Translations under genes and position numbers: made by a program
IMG/VR virus record: IMGVR_UViG_3300031951_000022
Location: 1-64,000 of that record
Source of the DNA: a virus
Length of the DNA stretch: 64,000 nt
Strand: one strand, 5' to 3'
Notes under the pieces: model-generated
Told to the model about the DNA's origin: nothing
Seen by the model: only the letters and a program-made list of their open reading frames with translations
The model's database searches: none
Shown here: piece by piece, positions 31,301-43,690 of the stretch
How positions within the stretch are numbered: position 1 is the stretch's first letter
Layout: the number at the start of each line of letters is the position of its first letter

Positions 31301-32831
31301 CTTGGGTCTTTTATAAAACAAGAAATTAAATGGATGAAACCACTTCGTTTCAATATTATCATACCATTTTCTGTTATCTTCAGGGAGATATGTTTCTTGA
31401 CAGTTTTCACAAATCCACAATCCCCCATTGGTTTCATAACCATTATTATGGCTCTTGATGGGACAAAGATAACTATTGTTCACACTATTTTCTCTTTCGC
31501 AGGTATAAATAGTTTCTCCACAAACAACACACTTTTCGGTAGGAGCATCTGGATCAACACATTTTGTATTAGTATCACTCATAATAATGAAGTTTTCTTT
31601 TATAAATATCTGGATATTTGTTTTCTATGGTTTCAGAATCATTTTCGATTCCTAAAGCATACAGAACGTGGGAATAAAATGCAAGACCCTCAAATTCACT
31701 TTCTGGATATTCTCTATGATCCCTATCATAGTCTACTACTAAAATTCGTAGTTTATCTAAAAATTCTTCATTAGTCATAATACTTCTGTAAGAATTCTCC
31801 AACTTTTAAGTTTGAGCCCCTCATTAATAACTTCTATTGGCTTACCTTTAAGTTCATCAATAGTTTTAACTTTAGCATCTTTTAGTAGCTTATTAATCTT
31901 TTTTATCATTTCTACTCTTTGATTTGAACGATCTTCTTCTGTCCATTTGGTATATTGATCCACCCAAATATCTTCACTCCATCCTCCCTCAATAAAATCA
32001 ACACATCCTTTTCCATCAAAACTTAATTCCACAGTTAAACCAAACTGAGCATCTTGGTATCCACCATATCCGAAATATACTTTTTCAATTTTACCAAGTT
32101 CTTTTTTAGAATTCATCTTCTGTTACCTCTCTAAAGTCACTAGTATGTCTCATAACCTCAATTCTGCCATTATCTAAGTCTGCCAAAACACAATGACCGG
32201 GAGCGTTTTTAATTTCGGTTAAGAATACAAAAAACTTTTTCTTATTTGATCCATATCCCAACGAATCATAATATTTAATTTTATCTTGGTCTGATAATTG
32301 ATTCCAAAAATCTGGATTAAAATTTTTTGGTTCAAAAACAACTACTGTGCCGGGAGTAAAAGTATTCATATTTAGTCTTCTTTTGCTGCTTTAATTACAT
32401 CTTCTCTTGAGATAATTACTGTAACACGATAAGTGTTTGACTTCCATTGTTCCCAAGCCTTACATAATACGCATCTAGGTTCATAGTTTGTACAAGGTTC
32501 TCCATAAATATCAATCATTTCGTTCATAGTTAAAGGTACAGTAACTTCAACAAAATTTAAACTAAATCCATAATGCGCTTTTAGATTTTCTAATTGATCT
32601 TTTTGAGATAGTGGGATTTTATACATCTTATTTATCTACTTTAGAATTCCACTTAAATTCAACTTTTCCTGTGTCATCCACTATTACCCAATGAGCCGCT
32701 TTATTGATAATGGCTTGTCTTTTAAATTTATGGTCTGTCCAGTTTGTTCCACAACCCCAGCCTATAACAAAACCAACCAATAGAATTAATACTGCTGGTA
32801 TAAAAAGTTCATTATCATTATAATATGTCAT
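28385..32831 (-). other. array of ~15 small hypothetical phage ORFs, several membrane-type
   Basis: Tightly packed or overlapping minus-strand ORFs of 60-230 aa; no recognisable motifs. Confidence 0.7.
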
Positions 32832-32836
32832 ATTGT

Positions 32837-33859
32837 TTACTCTTTAAGCAAAAAATCGTTATTGATAGCCTTAAAACTAACTTCTCCACAAAAACTACGA
32901 ATAACAATTCCCTCACGATCCTGAGAATCTTTCGCAGAAGGGAAGTGGGTTTTATACTTACCCTTTGCCATCTCCAATAGATCGGTTTTAGTATATCCGA
33001 AACTTGAGCCTTTGTCAACTATAGGAACAAAATTCAAACCAAGTTGAGAGGTTACAATTAAAGATTTATCTAAACATAATTTTTGACCTGTTCTAATATC
33101 TACCACATTAAATATATAAAGATCAACATGAGATAATCCTAATGGGTTTTTTTGAATACCCGGCCCAACAACTTCTCCCTGTAATGCTAGTCTGTGACCC
33201 TTTTCCCAAAAATTCCTTAAACCCTGCTCAATATTGTATTTTCTACTTAAGACCCAAAAGTTATGGGTGTCGTTTTCTTTATAGGAGAAATTTCTTCCAC
33301 AAACATGATAAGTTTCATCTTTGGGATCAATTAAAAATGTACTAGAAGTACCATCTAATTTAAGACTAATATAATAAGGTTGTCCAGTTAATCTTTCAAT
33401 AAAACCATATTCATCATCTAATTGAACCCGTATTTCATCTGTTTTACTTATGGGCCATATGAATTTCTTAGCATCTCCAGATATAGAAGTTGGGATGGGA
33501 GGATCATATTTTTCAATACCCAATAGGTCTGTAACATCAGCCCCAGCGGTCAATCCTGCTAGTATAGGAAAGACACTTATGGGTAATGCCAAGCCCTGAC
33601 TAAGTTGTTTCTTTAATTTACAACTCTTTAAACGATATTTTTTTAGATTATCATTCCAACAACTCTTACGAAGGAATTCAAATTCTGGAAGTTCTGGAAG
33701 TAAACTATCTATCTCTATAAATAGACAAGTATCACCGGGTTGAAATTCACCCTTTTTACTAACAACTTCCCAACCTAAAACACCAACAGTTTCTATACTG
33801 TCTGCATCTGGTATAGATTTAACATATTTCACAGTTTGTATACTTGCTAGTTTTCTCAT
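32837..33859 (-). CDS. RNA ligase (Rnl2 / DRB0094 family)
   Basis: MRKLASIQ N-terminus, SQGL, KLDGTS, QGEVVGPGIQ.N, EGIVIR, FKAINNDFLLK. Confidence 0.9.
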   Translation of the reverse strand: MRKLASIQTVKYVKSIPDADSIETVGVLGWEVVSKKGEFQPGDTCLFIEIDSLLPELPEFEFLRKSCWNDNLKKYRLKSCKLKKQLSQGLALPISVFPILAGLTAGADVTDLLGIEKYDPPIPTSISGDAKKFIWPISKTDEIRVQLDDEYGFIERLTGQPYYISLKLDGTSSTFLIDPKDETYHVCGRNFSYKENDTHNFWVLSRKYNIEQGLRNFWEKGHRLALQGEVVGPGIQKNPLGLSHVDLYIFNVVDIRTGQKLCLDKSLIVTSQLGLNFVPIVDKGSSFGYTKTDLLEMAKGKYKTHFPSAKDSQDREGIVIRSFCGEVSFKAINNDFLLKE

Positions 33860-33860
33860 T

Positions 33861-34148
33861 TTATGCTATTCCTACAATCCAACCGGGACTATCATCTATC
33901 CATATATCTACAACTATATTTTGTCTTTTAATATAATCGGCTTTTGGTTCATCATAAGAAAAATATGTTTCTATTCCTTCTGGTAGAGATTTCATAACTT
34001 CCTGACGATGTTCTAATATATTTCTTCGTGCTGTAATACAAATTACATTATGTCCGTGATCTTTTGCTAATTCTATCACTTTGTTCCAAAATGGTGGATC
34101 AGCAGTATATGTATCGTCATAATCTATAGCGATGGTGAGTTTATTCAT
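33861..34148 (-). CDS. small HAD-superfamily protein
   Basis: IAIDYDDTYT, ITAR, K, WIDDSP. Confidence 0.7.
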   Translation of the reverse strand: MNKLTIAIDYDDTYTADPPFWNKVIELAKDHGHNVICITARRNILEHRQEVMKSLPEGIETYFSYDEPKADYIKRQNIVVDIWIDDSPGWIVGIA

Positions 34149-34830
34149 TTAGTTTTTAATTGTTCTAAGTATTTTGCTCTTGCGTCTTTTAAATATGCTT
34201 CAGCAATGTCAAATAAATATTCATAATCATCATTACCAGCCTTTTTTATTAAAATAAGGTTTCCAATAGCAGCATCTAGATAATCCTGCCAAGAATCTCC
34301 TTGTTTAAGTGTAAAATATCCCATATTATTGTAAACCCTTATCAATAGCATCCCAACCTATATCACTATTATGATTATGCCAATAAGGAGGGCTATTATT
34401 TGGAATATGAGGCCAATATTTTATTGGCTCTTGAGTATTGTCTTTTGGAGAATATACTGGATAATTAGATCTTTCAAGAGATTCTACTCTTTTAATTAAG
34501 TCTTTAACTGCTCTTTCAAGATTAAGTAAAGACTCTAATACAACATCAATTTTTTGTTTACGTTTAATTTGTTTCTTTTTCTTTTTCATACTATCCATTC
34601 CTTCTCTAATTTATCGAGAGTTATATCAACTGTAGAGTTTGTGTAAAAGCAATCAAAATCGCTATCTTGAATTTCTCTATATTTGTTCGGCCAAACTTCC
34701 CACAAAACATTCATTACTGTTTGACCATATCTCCACTGATTTTCTGCTTTTATTTTACCGTTTGATCTTGCTGCTTGATGGCTCAAGAATGTATCGTCTA
34801 CTTTTTTTAGAAATTCATTAAATGTAACCA

Positions 34831-35130
34831 TTATACTTCTAACATTTCTCCAATTCCTTCTAACACGCTTTTTCTAACAAACTTACTCATATTAGATACG
34901 AGAATATGATTCTTAAAAAAATCTTCGCCCTTCTCTTTTACAATAACTCCAAAAACATTTCTAGACCAACCTGTAGTAACTGTACGAACATCTTTAAAGT
35001 CAACCTCAACATTAAAGCCAAGGTCTATTTCGTCAAGTATAGACTTACGCAATTCACTAGCAAGTTTAGTGCTGCTTAAATCACTACCATACATATCTTG
35101 AATTTCGTAATAAATCAATGGTCCTTTCAT
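34831..35130 (-). CDS. STAS-like domain protein (DUF4325-like)
   Basis: VEVDFKDVRTVT.GW...VFG. Confidence 0.6.
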   Translation of the reverse strand: MKGPLIYYEIQDMYGSDLSSTKLASELRKSILDEIDLGFNVEVDFKDVRTVTTGWSRNVFGVIVKEKGEDFFKNHILVSNMSKFVRKSVLEGIGEMLEV

Positions 35131-35206
35131 ATATTCTCCACATTCTTTTCTATAATATCAGCAATAAAATCAACTTTGTTTTCTGTTTCCATTATTGAAG
35201 TCCCAA

Positions 35207-35332
35207 TTCTTGATCGTGTTCGCTTAGTTTATTTAGTGCTTGATGTCTGAGATAATTTAAACCCGCCACAAATCCACACTCAAAGTAATAGAAATCATTA
35301 GGGGTTCCTTCGTGATCTCCCTCTATCCATAT
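35207..35332. repeat. 126-bp exact direct repeat, copy 1 (copy 2 at 38761-38886)
   Basis: Identical sequence within paralogous ORFs 35192-35410 and 38746-38952. Confidence 0.9.
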
Positions 35333-35406
35333 TTCTTGTGCTAATTCTTTGGCTCGGCTATAGGCAGATTGAATACTCTCTTTTTGTTTTTGTTGCCAAG
35401 TTTTTT

Positions 35407-35898
35407 TCATTTTTCTTTTTCTCTTTTTTCGTATTCTTTTTGGGTCAGATATGTTCCATCTGCTTTTTTGCTAGTAAACTGCCCCATACCCATACAATGT
35501 CCACAAATGGTCTTAGACATTTTCGGCCCAGCAGCACCATATTCTTGAAGCAAAATTTGGTAATGGGAGTTTACGCTGTCGCAGTAATCATAATGTTCGC
35601 CGTATGGCAGTTTAACACATTTCGGGCATCTGTCAACCATTAAATGTTTATTGAGCCACAAAGCCATCTTGGCATCAAACATAATTTTGTTAACATCTTC
35701 AACCCTTTCTCCCGTTCCTTCACAATAAATACAAGATATTAGGTGTTTCTTGTAATATAACTCTAGTCTTTTTGTTTTAAGATAGTCGTAAAGATTATAT
35801 TTATTTGGAGGAATGACAAAGTACAATACAATTATAAAACCGATACATCCAACTATGGATATAAAATTTAGAAAACTCATTTTATTATGATCATTCAT
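35407..35898 (-). CDS. membrane-anchored protein with DnaJ-type CxxCxGxG zinc motifs
   Basis: N-terminal TM segment, CIYCEGTG, CGHCMGMG; paralogue at 37411-38091. Confidence 0.65.
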   Translation of the reverse strand: MNDHNKMSFLNFISIVGCIGFIIVLYFVIPPNKYNLYDYLKTKRLELYYKKHLISCIYCEGTGERVEDVNKIMFDAKMALWLNKHLMVDRCPKCVKLPYGEHYDYCDSVNSHYQILLQEYGAAGPKMSKTICGHCMGMGQFTSKKADGTYLTQKEYEKREKEK

Positions 35899-37410
35899 AG
35901 ATAAGCCTCACCCCACATATATTTTCCTCTTACTATTCTACCAAATCTATTAATTGTAAACTCACCAGTGTCAGGAAATTTTTCTTCCCATTTACAATCG
36001 TGTCTTTTGAGCCAATGGACAGCATCGTAATAATTATGAAATATCAAACACTTTGGTATTGGTCCTACTGGCATAAGACTATCAATATCTGTTTGGTCGA
36101 AATATATTACTAGTTTATTCATTTTGGTCCCATATCATTAGTTTTAAAGTTTGGATTGATAAAATAGTAAAATAATTCATATAGTTCATAAACTAAAACA
36201 ACAGATAAAAATACTGTTTGTAATATTAAAAAACCGAAGAAACAATAGAATAAAAAGTATTTTAACATGGCAGGTGAGGTATCATTACTAATACTCTGAA
36301 AATAACACTGATATCCAAGGCCAATGTTCCAGACCTAAGCTTTATTTTCTCATATTAGTCAAATCCCATTCTCCTTTTCCTTGTCTTACCATGTATGTTG
36401 TATTGAAAACGCCCCAATTATCGTTGGTTAATACCCTTCGTGAGAAATCTCAACAATACGGATATTAGAGCAACAGGACATTACCTCCCGGTGATCAAGT
36501 CGGTGGTGAGTGTTAATTCACTTCTTCTCCCGTATTATAGTCGATAACTGGCTTTTTACAAGCCTCCATCATTCTTTCTAAGTTCCACTGCAATCCCTCT
36601 AAATCATCAGATATTGGATGAGCCAAACTTTCAGAAATATTAACAATATCTCCGTTATCGTCATAGTAAACCTCATGAATACCATAGCTAATATCGGTAT
36701 CTCCAAGAGGAATTTTGGTAACTTGTTTCACGACCCTATATGACCAACTCATTTTCTGCTCTCCAGTTCAATTATACGCTCATATATCTCATGTGTAATA
36801 AGTTCAACAAAGATTATCTCGTCTTTAGATAAAACATCATCAAGAAATTGACTAAACTCACGAATATCACCAATATGAGTAGGCGAACTAATATCGTTAG
36901 TGTTCTTCCAGAACTTTAGTTGTTGTTCAAGAAATTCTATAACTTTAAGTTGTTTGCTGGATGGTTTCATTTTTAATGGTTTTTGATTGCTCTGAACTAA
37001 AAACTAAATAAAGATTTGATAGATCATCAAGAGAATAACCTTTATTATGTGGTACTCCCCATTTTGCCTTATCTTTCATATTTTTGTGCATGAGATATAG
37101 TGAGTCAAGAATCATTTCATAAAAATATTTCTTCAAATTTTCTTGACTTACATCAATAGCTTTGAGTGCTGACTGAATTTTATCATGGTTTATGCTCATA
37201 TTATTCCTTTCTTTTAGGCAACTTTTTAGGCTTTACTGTCGGCTTGTTTTGTTCATTTATTTCTGGAAGTTCCAACTCATCAATTTCTGCTGATCTTATA
37301 GCATCCAACATCTTATTCAGATTTTGTAGTCTTGTGACCAACTCCTGACCAACATTAATTTGTTTATCGGTACTCATGGTAGGTCTAGTTTAACAGAAAT
37401 TTTTGATTTG

Positions 37411-38091
37411 TCAATCCGGTATTCCGCTCTCTAGTCTATATAACATAGCCTCTATTTGATTGGTATTTTGCTCTATAACCATTTGTCGTGGTGTTTTATT
37501 GTTAAATGCCGGATTAGGAGAGTCCAACCAAGAATCAATAAATGTTTCTTGTACTATTCTTTTTAGTCTTTCTTTAAGCTCATCTGTGGTTTTCATTTTG
37601 TTTCTTTCTCTATCTTCGTATTCTTGTTGGGTTAAATATCTTTGAGTTTTTATATCAAACGAAGAAAACTGTCCCATTCCTAAACATTGTCCACAACTTG
37701 TCTTTTCCATTTTCGGCCCAGCAGCACCATACTCTTTAAGAAAAATATGATACTGAGAGTTAACTTTATCGCAATAGTCGTAATGTTCAACGTATGGTAG
37801 TTTAACACACTTGTCGCATCTGTCAACCTTCAAATGTTTATTAAGGTATAATGCCATTTTAGCATCAAACATAATTTTATTAATGTCCTCGACTCTTTCT
37901 CCTGTTCCTTTACAGTATATGCAAGTTATGAAGACCTTTTTATGTTTTTGATTATATGATTGTAGATTTTTTCTATGCAAAGGATCTAATACAAATAAAC
38001 ATATTAAAAATCCTATTGCAGAAACTACTGCTACTTGATAGCAAAATTTATTATTCATAATCAAAACACTCTGCTTTCTTAACTTGACCAC
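37411..38091 (-). CDS. CxxCxGxG membrane protein read in frame into an MbcA/ParS/Xre antitoxin-like C-terminal domain
   Basis: CIYCKGTG, CGQCLGMG; C-terminal WLDSPNPAFNNKTP...IEAMLYRLESG; internal ATG at 37596. Confidence 0.6.
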   Translation of the reverse strand: MVKLRKQSVLIMNNKFCYQVAVVSAIGFLICLFVLDPLHRKNLQSYNQKHKKVFITCIYCKGTGERVEDINKIMFDAKMALYLNKHLKVDRCDKCVKLPYVEHYDYCDKVNSQYHIFLKEYGAAGPKMEKTSCGQCLGMGQFSSFDIKTQRYLTQQEYEDRERNKMKTTDELKERLKRIVQETFIDSWLDSPNPAFNNKTPRQMVIEQNTNQIEAMLYRLESGIPD

Positions 38092-38760
38092 GCCTTATAT
38101 ATCTTATATCGTCCTCAATATATTTTTGTGCTTGTTCTATCGTAAAAAACTTGTGAGTATTCCGTATCATACCACCAGCACCAAAATATTCATAAGCAAA
38201 AGCCCAATACCAAAATAATAAAACTCTTTTTTTAACTTGATACCATTCTTCTCCGTTACCATTAACGAATTTACATATTCTATATTTAGTCATTGATATA
38301 TGCTTTCATAATAGGAACAAACTGATCTATACTTTCTTGTGTAGTATCTTTTGTATCTCCATGATCTATAAATAACCATCCATTCCATCCTGACCAGATA
38401 TATAATTTGGTTGGTGAAGTCTCAGAGATTTTAAATAATCGTCCATTATAATCGACTATAGCAGATAAGAGGATATTTCCATCTGTTCGTGATCGTCTTT
38501 CATTAATGATTCTCATACTACTTCGTGGCTTTCTATTTCCATACTATAATATCCAAATTTATAATAGCTAGTATCTCCATACCTTTCTTTTATAGGTTTG
38601 GAAAGTTTACAGTTGTCTACAAAATATTCGGCGGTTTGCTTATTAGCGAATACTTTTACAATCTCTTTTCTAGGATGAGATACGAATAGCCCACCAATTT
38701 CGTCTTGGTAAACACCTTCTACTTCACCAACAACAATATAAACAGTCATTCAAATCCCAT

Positions 38761-38886
38761 TTCTTGATCGTGTTCGCTTAGTTTATTTAGTGCTTGATGT
38801 CTGAGATAATTTAAACCCGCCACAAATCCACACTCAAAGTAATAGAAATCATTAGGGGTTCCTTCGTGATCTCCCTCTATCCATAT
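38761..38886. repeat. 126-bp exact direct repeat, copy 2
   Basis: Identical to 35207-35332. Confidence 0.9.
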
Positions 38887-40296
38887 GTCTTTAGCTAACT
38901 TCTTTGCAAGATTATATCTTTCTTTTATATCTTCTAGCTTGTCTGTGTTCATTATTTTCTTTCTATCATTGTACCATCTTTAACAACATAAATTTTAGGG
39001 ATAACATTAGATCTAATATATGCTCGTCCACCGTCTATCATATTGCCATTTTTAAACGTTTTATATTCGTGCCTAAACTGACTATACTGGAGGTTTCCAT
39101 CGTCATCCTCTACGCAGCCAAATGTCTCATTCTCTATTTTGTCAGCGTTAGCAATGTAGATATTATCGCCATAAACCCTGAGAGAAAAGTATTTGTTTCC
39201 AAAGGTAGGATGTGGAGTCTCTCTATAATAAATGTCTTCTGGGGCATCGGTATAATGCAAATCAGTTGTGCATACATATTTTATAGGAACACCATCTTTC
39301 TCAGAATAATGCTCAATAACTTTATTGGTTCTAGTATATGGAAAGTGTTTAATCATTTGTGTACTTCTCTAATTCTTTTACCGCCTCGTTTCGCCTGTGG
39401 TGCCACAGCCTAGCTAGGCCAGTTAGTTCATCATTATAACCCGTTGTGTTGGGATTGTCAAATACAAAATCGGCTATCGCCTCAGATAAATTTAACATTT
39501 CTTGCTGATCTAGTCTGTGTTCTGTATATCCTTCGTAGGCAAATACTTTAAATAAATATGGCCTATTATTAATATTAGGATTATGGTGTATCTCAATATA
39601 TGTTTCTGGAGTAATTGATATAGACTTTTGTTGATAATCGCTCATTCTTGCACTTTTGTTCCCATGTCATAAGGGTATCCATCTTCTGGATCGTCACTAT
39701 AAACACCTTCGTATTCATTATCCCACCAAGGAATTTTACTATCTGGTAAAGAGTTGTCTGCTTCGTTTTCGATCATGATGCTTCCGGTGATACACCGCCC
39801 TCTTTTGTTTCATAAGATTTAATAGTCCACCCTAACTTCAACAAGTCCTGTTTAATCTCATCTGTTACTACGCTTTCTGGAACATACTCTTGAACGTGGT
39901 CGCAAGCTATACCGCTACAATAGAACTGCATATAGTCCATATTGTCTCTTATTGTATTTAGGTCTTTATTATCATTAATCAATTCAGCAGCTATCCCTCC
40001 AGCATAACGCCAGCTACAACTCCATTCCTCTCCGTTTTTATAAAATAAATTATTGCAAAGACCTGCGTATAAGTTTTGTGCATAAGCGTCGGAATTTCTA
40101 CATTTATTTCTAATATATTCAGAAGATAGTAAATCCGATTCTAAATCTACTTTAGTCTGTGCCATAGATAACTTTGGTGTATAATTATATGGGGTGTGTG
40201 AGGACATTCCTAACCGTACAAATTAATTATACCAAACGCCCAAATAGTTGTCAACCTCACTTGACTCTATTTGGGTTGTTTGTTTTTAGGTGAAAA

Positions 40297-40971
40297 ATGA
40301 AAATTAAAGTTTGTACAAAATGTAAACATAAGTTTCCAGCAAGTCTGAACTATTTTTACAAAAATTACCAAAAATTGACTAGTCGTTGTAAAGTATGTAT
40401 TAATAATTATAGAAAAAAGAATAAAGAAAAATTAAATGCTTATAATAAAAATTACTTACTTAACAATCCAGACAAAGCTAAAAAATATCAAGAAAATAGT
40501 AAAGAAAGAAAAAAACAAAATTTTAAATTATGGTATCAAAAAAATAAAAATAAACAAGCCATAAAACACAAAAAATGGAGAGAGAACAATTTAGAGAGAC
40601 ATAGAAACAATTATAAAAAATGGAAAAAAACGCATGATAGAACTAGTTATCACAGAGATAGGAGAGAAAATATTCCAACCGTTAAATTAATAGACAATGT
40701 TAGACGAAGAATAAATATAGCCCTGCAAGGTAAAAATAAATCTTCAATAGAATATTTAGGCATAGAAATTAAATTATATAAACAATATTTAGAAAATTTA
40801 TTTCAACCAGGAATGAATTGGAATAATTATGGAATAAATGGTTGGCATATAGATCATATAGTTCCACTTTCATCTGCTAAAAACAAAAAAGAACTAATAA
40901 AATTATTTCACTATACTAATACACAACCGTTATGGGCGAATGATAATCTTAAAAAAAGTAATAAAATTTAA
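40297..40971 (+). CDS. HNH homing endonuclease (paralogue of 14847-15470), opposite strand
   Basis: WHIDHIVP...HYTNTQPLWANDNLKK. Confidence 0.85.
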   Translation: MKIKVCTKCKHKFPASLNYFYKNYQKLTSRCKVCINNYRKKNKEKLNAYNKNYLLNNPDKAKKYQENSKERKKQNFKLWYQKNKNKQAIKHKKWRENNLERHRNNYKKWKKTHDRTSYHRDRRENIPTVKLIDNVRRRINIALQGKNKSSIEYLGIEIKLYKQYLENLFQPGMNWNNYGINGWHIDHIVPLSSAKNKKELIKLFHYTNTQPLWANDNLKKSNKI

Positions 40972-41520
40972 TTAAAATAAAGACTTAGTTTCATCGGTAA
41001 ACCCATACAGGATGATAAAAATATTGAACTTGAGGAACATAAACAACTTTCTGAGTCCTATACCACAAACATCTTTGTTCCACAACTATAGGCTGTTGTA
41101 CAACATATGGGGTATATTGATAAACAACTACTGGTTGTGGTGGAGGATTATAGGTTTGCTGAGTAATAGTAGTCTGTGTTACTGTAGGAGAACTATATAC
41201 ATAAGGAATCCAATCTTGAGCATAAGCACTATTAGTAATAGTCATAGCACAAAGAAAATATAAGCACTTCATCAAATTTCTCATTGTATCTCCTTAAATA
41301 ATTTATAAATCAATGTTCACATTATGTTTATTAAGTAATCTATAAAACTCATCACGAATCTTATCAAGAGCATCATTAGCGCTCTTAAAATCATGATGGT
41401 TTCGTTGCCAGCTTCTAATCTGTTCACTAAAATCCCAAAGAAAACTTTGAACTTTTGGGGCTTGAGTAGCAACATCATATTCGTGTTGATCTTCCGGCAA
41501 ATCAAACCTTAGTAAAACTT

Positions 41521-42282
41521 TCATGACCAAATTTCCCTTCGTATCTTAATTAGTTCAATTAGTTTCTCAGTATCTTCCTTATCATATTGTTTTTCTGTTT
41601 TTTCTATTGATGACAATGCTTTTTTATACTCTTTAGAAATCTTTGATGAAAAATGTTCATCTTCAAAGTCTTTAAACTTGTAAACTTCATGAGGGTCTGG
41701 TCTATTAGGTCTAATATCTTTCCACCACAGATAAAGCTCTTTTACTTTTTGTGCAGATAAAGCCTGTGGAGTCATTTCACCATAGTGTTTGTCTTCTTTG
41801 CTTGTGCCGTAATCTTCATTATAAACCAAAGAAGAGGCCCAATTCAAATGATCTAATCCGGCTTCTCTAGAGCGGCCATTAACAAATTTATATTTCTTAG
41901 ACTTATCATATCTGCTAGTTGTCGCCAGTTCTATTTCGACATAATCAGACAACTCATTGAATAAGCCATGTAATACTTTATAGTCAAATTCATAATATTC
42001 TCCGGGCTTGAGTCCGGTTTTTAACACATGAGTCTGATCTATCCATCTGTTCTGGATATAAATCTTTATTGTATGATACAAATCGCTGGGGAACATTACA
42101 AAATCTTGTAGCTTTTTAAGACCCTTTTCGGCCAACCAATATCTAGTCGGATACTTCTTTTTTGCTTCATTATGCCAATCGTCCCACTCTTTCCAGCCCA
42201 AAGCATAAGGCTTTTTTGTGCCTCTAATAATGTCAGCTAAATTTGAACAACTCCAGTAATTATAGCGTGATCGTCTTAGCAT
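41521..42282 (-). CDS. conserved phage hypothetical protein
   Basis: 253-aa ORF; ELYLWWK..RP.R.DP...LIKIR motif. Confidence 0.6.
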   Translation of the reverse strand: MLRRSRYNYWSCSNLADIIRGTKKPYALGWKEWDDWHNEAKKKYPTRYWLAEKGLKKLQDFVMFPSDLYHTIKIYIQNRWIDQTHVLKTGLKPGEYYEFDYKVLHGLFNELSDYVEIELATTSRYDKSKKYKFVNGRSREAGLDHLNWASSLVYNEDYGTSKEDKHYGEMTPQALSAQKVKELYLWWKDIRPNRPDPHEVYKFKDFEDEHFSSKISKEYKKALSSIEKTEKQYDKEDTEKLIELIKIRREIWS

Positions 42283-42716
42283 TATTTTGATCTTTCTTCT
42301 CTATGCTTATCACACAGTACGCTAATCCATCCACCTTTAGTTGGCTTGCCGGGATCGCCACAAACCTCACAGATTTTATAACTTAGCTCATCTGCCAAAG
42401 ACACAAGTCCTCTTACATAATCATCTCCACCACTATAATATATTCTCAATCCACCAAACTTTTCTTTTATTTGGTCAAATTTTACAGGAACGTAGTCTAA
42501 ATCTGACTGATCGTTTTCTGTCCTAATTCTTATTCTGTCTGCTATATTTTTCTCATGTTTAAAAATTCTCCAACAAACAGAAGATATCAATTCATACCAA
42601 CCTAAACCACACTCTATGCCGAAACTCATGCACGACTCTCTACGAGATTTTAGTCTATTAGAAAATAGATCTGGATATTCTTCATAAAGAGTGTCCCATG
42701 ACTTTTCATTGTCCAT
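42282..42716 (-). CDS. conserved phage protein (QIKEKFGGLR motif, C-terminal Zn site)
   Basis: QIKEKFGGLRIY...CEVCG..GWISVLC..H. Confidence 0.65.
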   Translation of the reverse strand: MDNEKSWDTLYEEYPDLFSNRLKSRRESCMSFGIECGLGWYELISSVCWRIFKHEKNIADRIRIRTENDQSDLDYVPVKFDQIKEKFGGLRIYYSGGDDYVRGLVSLADELSYKICEVCGDPGKPTKGGWISVLCDKHREERSK

Positions 42717-43063
42717 CGCTCTATTCCTTTTAAGGCTTACTAATTATAGTAACGCTCACATCTCTGAACAAAAGCAGGAAGCATCTTACGAAGATTATGT
42801 GGCATAGTATCAAAAGAGGAATGACTAGGTTCAAAAAACCGCTCGACCAAGAGCAATCTTTAACCCCATTTTCTTACTAAACTTATCACCCTTGCGACAT
42901 TGAGCATAGCCGATAGAAAAATCTCCCTTGTACTGTGTTGGAACAGCCACCAAAACTCCCTTTGGTTCGCCTCTTTTGTCACGATAATAAGTGATAAGAC
43001 TATACTTTGGAATATTCAGATCAATCATTTTTATTCTCCTTTGTGGGTGTACATGGAAGTATA

Positions 43064-43486
43064 TCATACTATCGTCGTGCTGTCAACCGGCACTTTACAG
43101 TTTTTGGTAAAAACTATACCCTTTTTCGCTGGTGCTGGGATAGGTTCGTCGAATTTTTCGACATAGGAAACCACCCAACCATACTTAGGCTTATCATTCC
43201 AACCATAAAGAGGATCGTTCTGTGATACTAGATGTTTATTATAATCATCAATCCAAGATATTTTATCTGGATATTTAAAACTACCACTAAATGTAATAGT
43301 ACCAATAATTCTGGCTTTAAATTTGCCAAGTTTACCCGGAGTTTCAACTAGATATAATGGATGGTTAACATACTTCATTGGAATGTGATAGGATCGTGTC
43401 TCTATGCTTTTCAGCCCATCAATTAAAAGAGTTGACCAAGGAACCTGTATGTTTAAACCATTCATTTTGTAACTTCTATGTGCCAC
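43064..43486 (-). CDS. ASCH/PUA-like domain protein
   Basis: LNIQVPWS.LLIDGLKSIETR. Confidence 0.75.
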   Translation of the reverse strand: MAHRSYKMNGLNIQVPWSTLLIDGLKSIETRSYHIPMKYVNHPLYLVETPGKLGKFKARIIGTITFSGSFKYPDKISWIDDYNKHLVSQNDPLYGWNDKPKYGWVVSYVEKFDEPIPAPAKKGIVFTKNCKVPVDSTTIV

Positions 43487-43611
43487 CTGTTGCCGTGAAG
43501 TTCAGCCACAACTCCCATATTCAGCTTAACAAGTTCTGCTACTATTTCGGCCAACTTTTGTGTTTCATTCAGATAAAGATAAATCATGCTGTTTCTCCGT
43601 TGTGAGCGTTT

Positions 43612-43640
43612 AGTATAAGTCTCTTATCGGCAGTTGTCAA
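43612..43640 (-). promoter_or_regulatory. sigma70-like promoter
   Basis: TTGACA-ACTGCCGATAAGAGACT-TATACT. Confidence 0.8.
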
Positions 43641-43650
43641 GATGGTTCTT

Positions 43651-43690
43651 TAAAAAAAAGAAACGATGGCGTGTATGCCGTCGCTTCTTA
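43651..43690 (-). terminator. intrinsic terminator
   Basis: CGACGGC/GCCATCG hairpin followed by a T-run on the minus strand. Confidence 0.6.
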
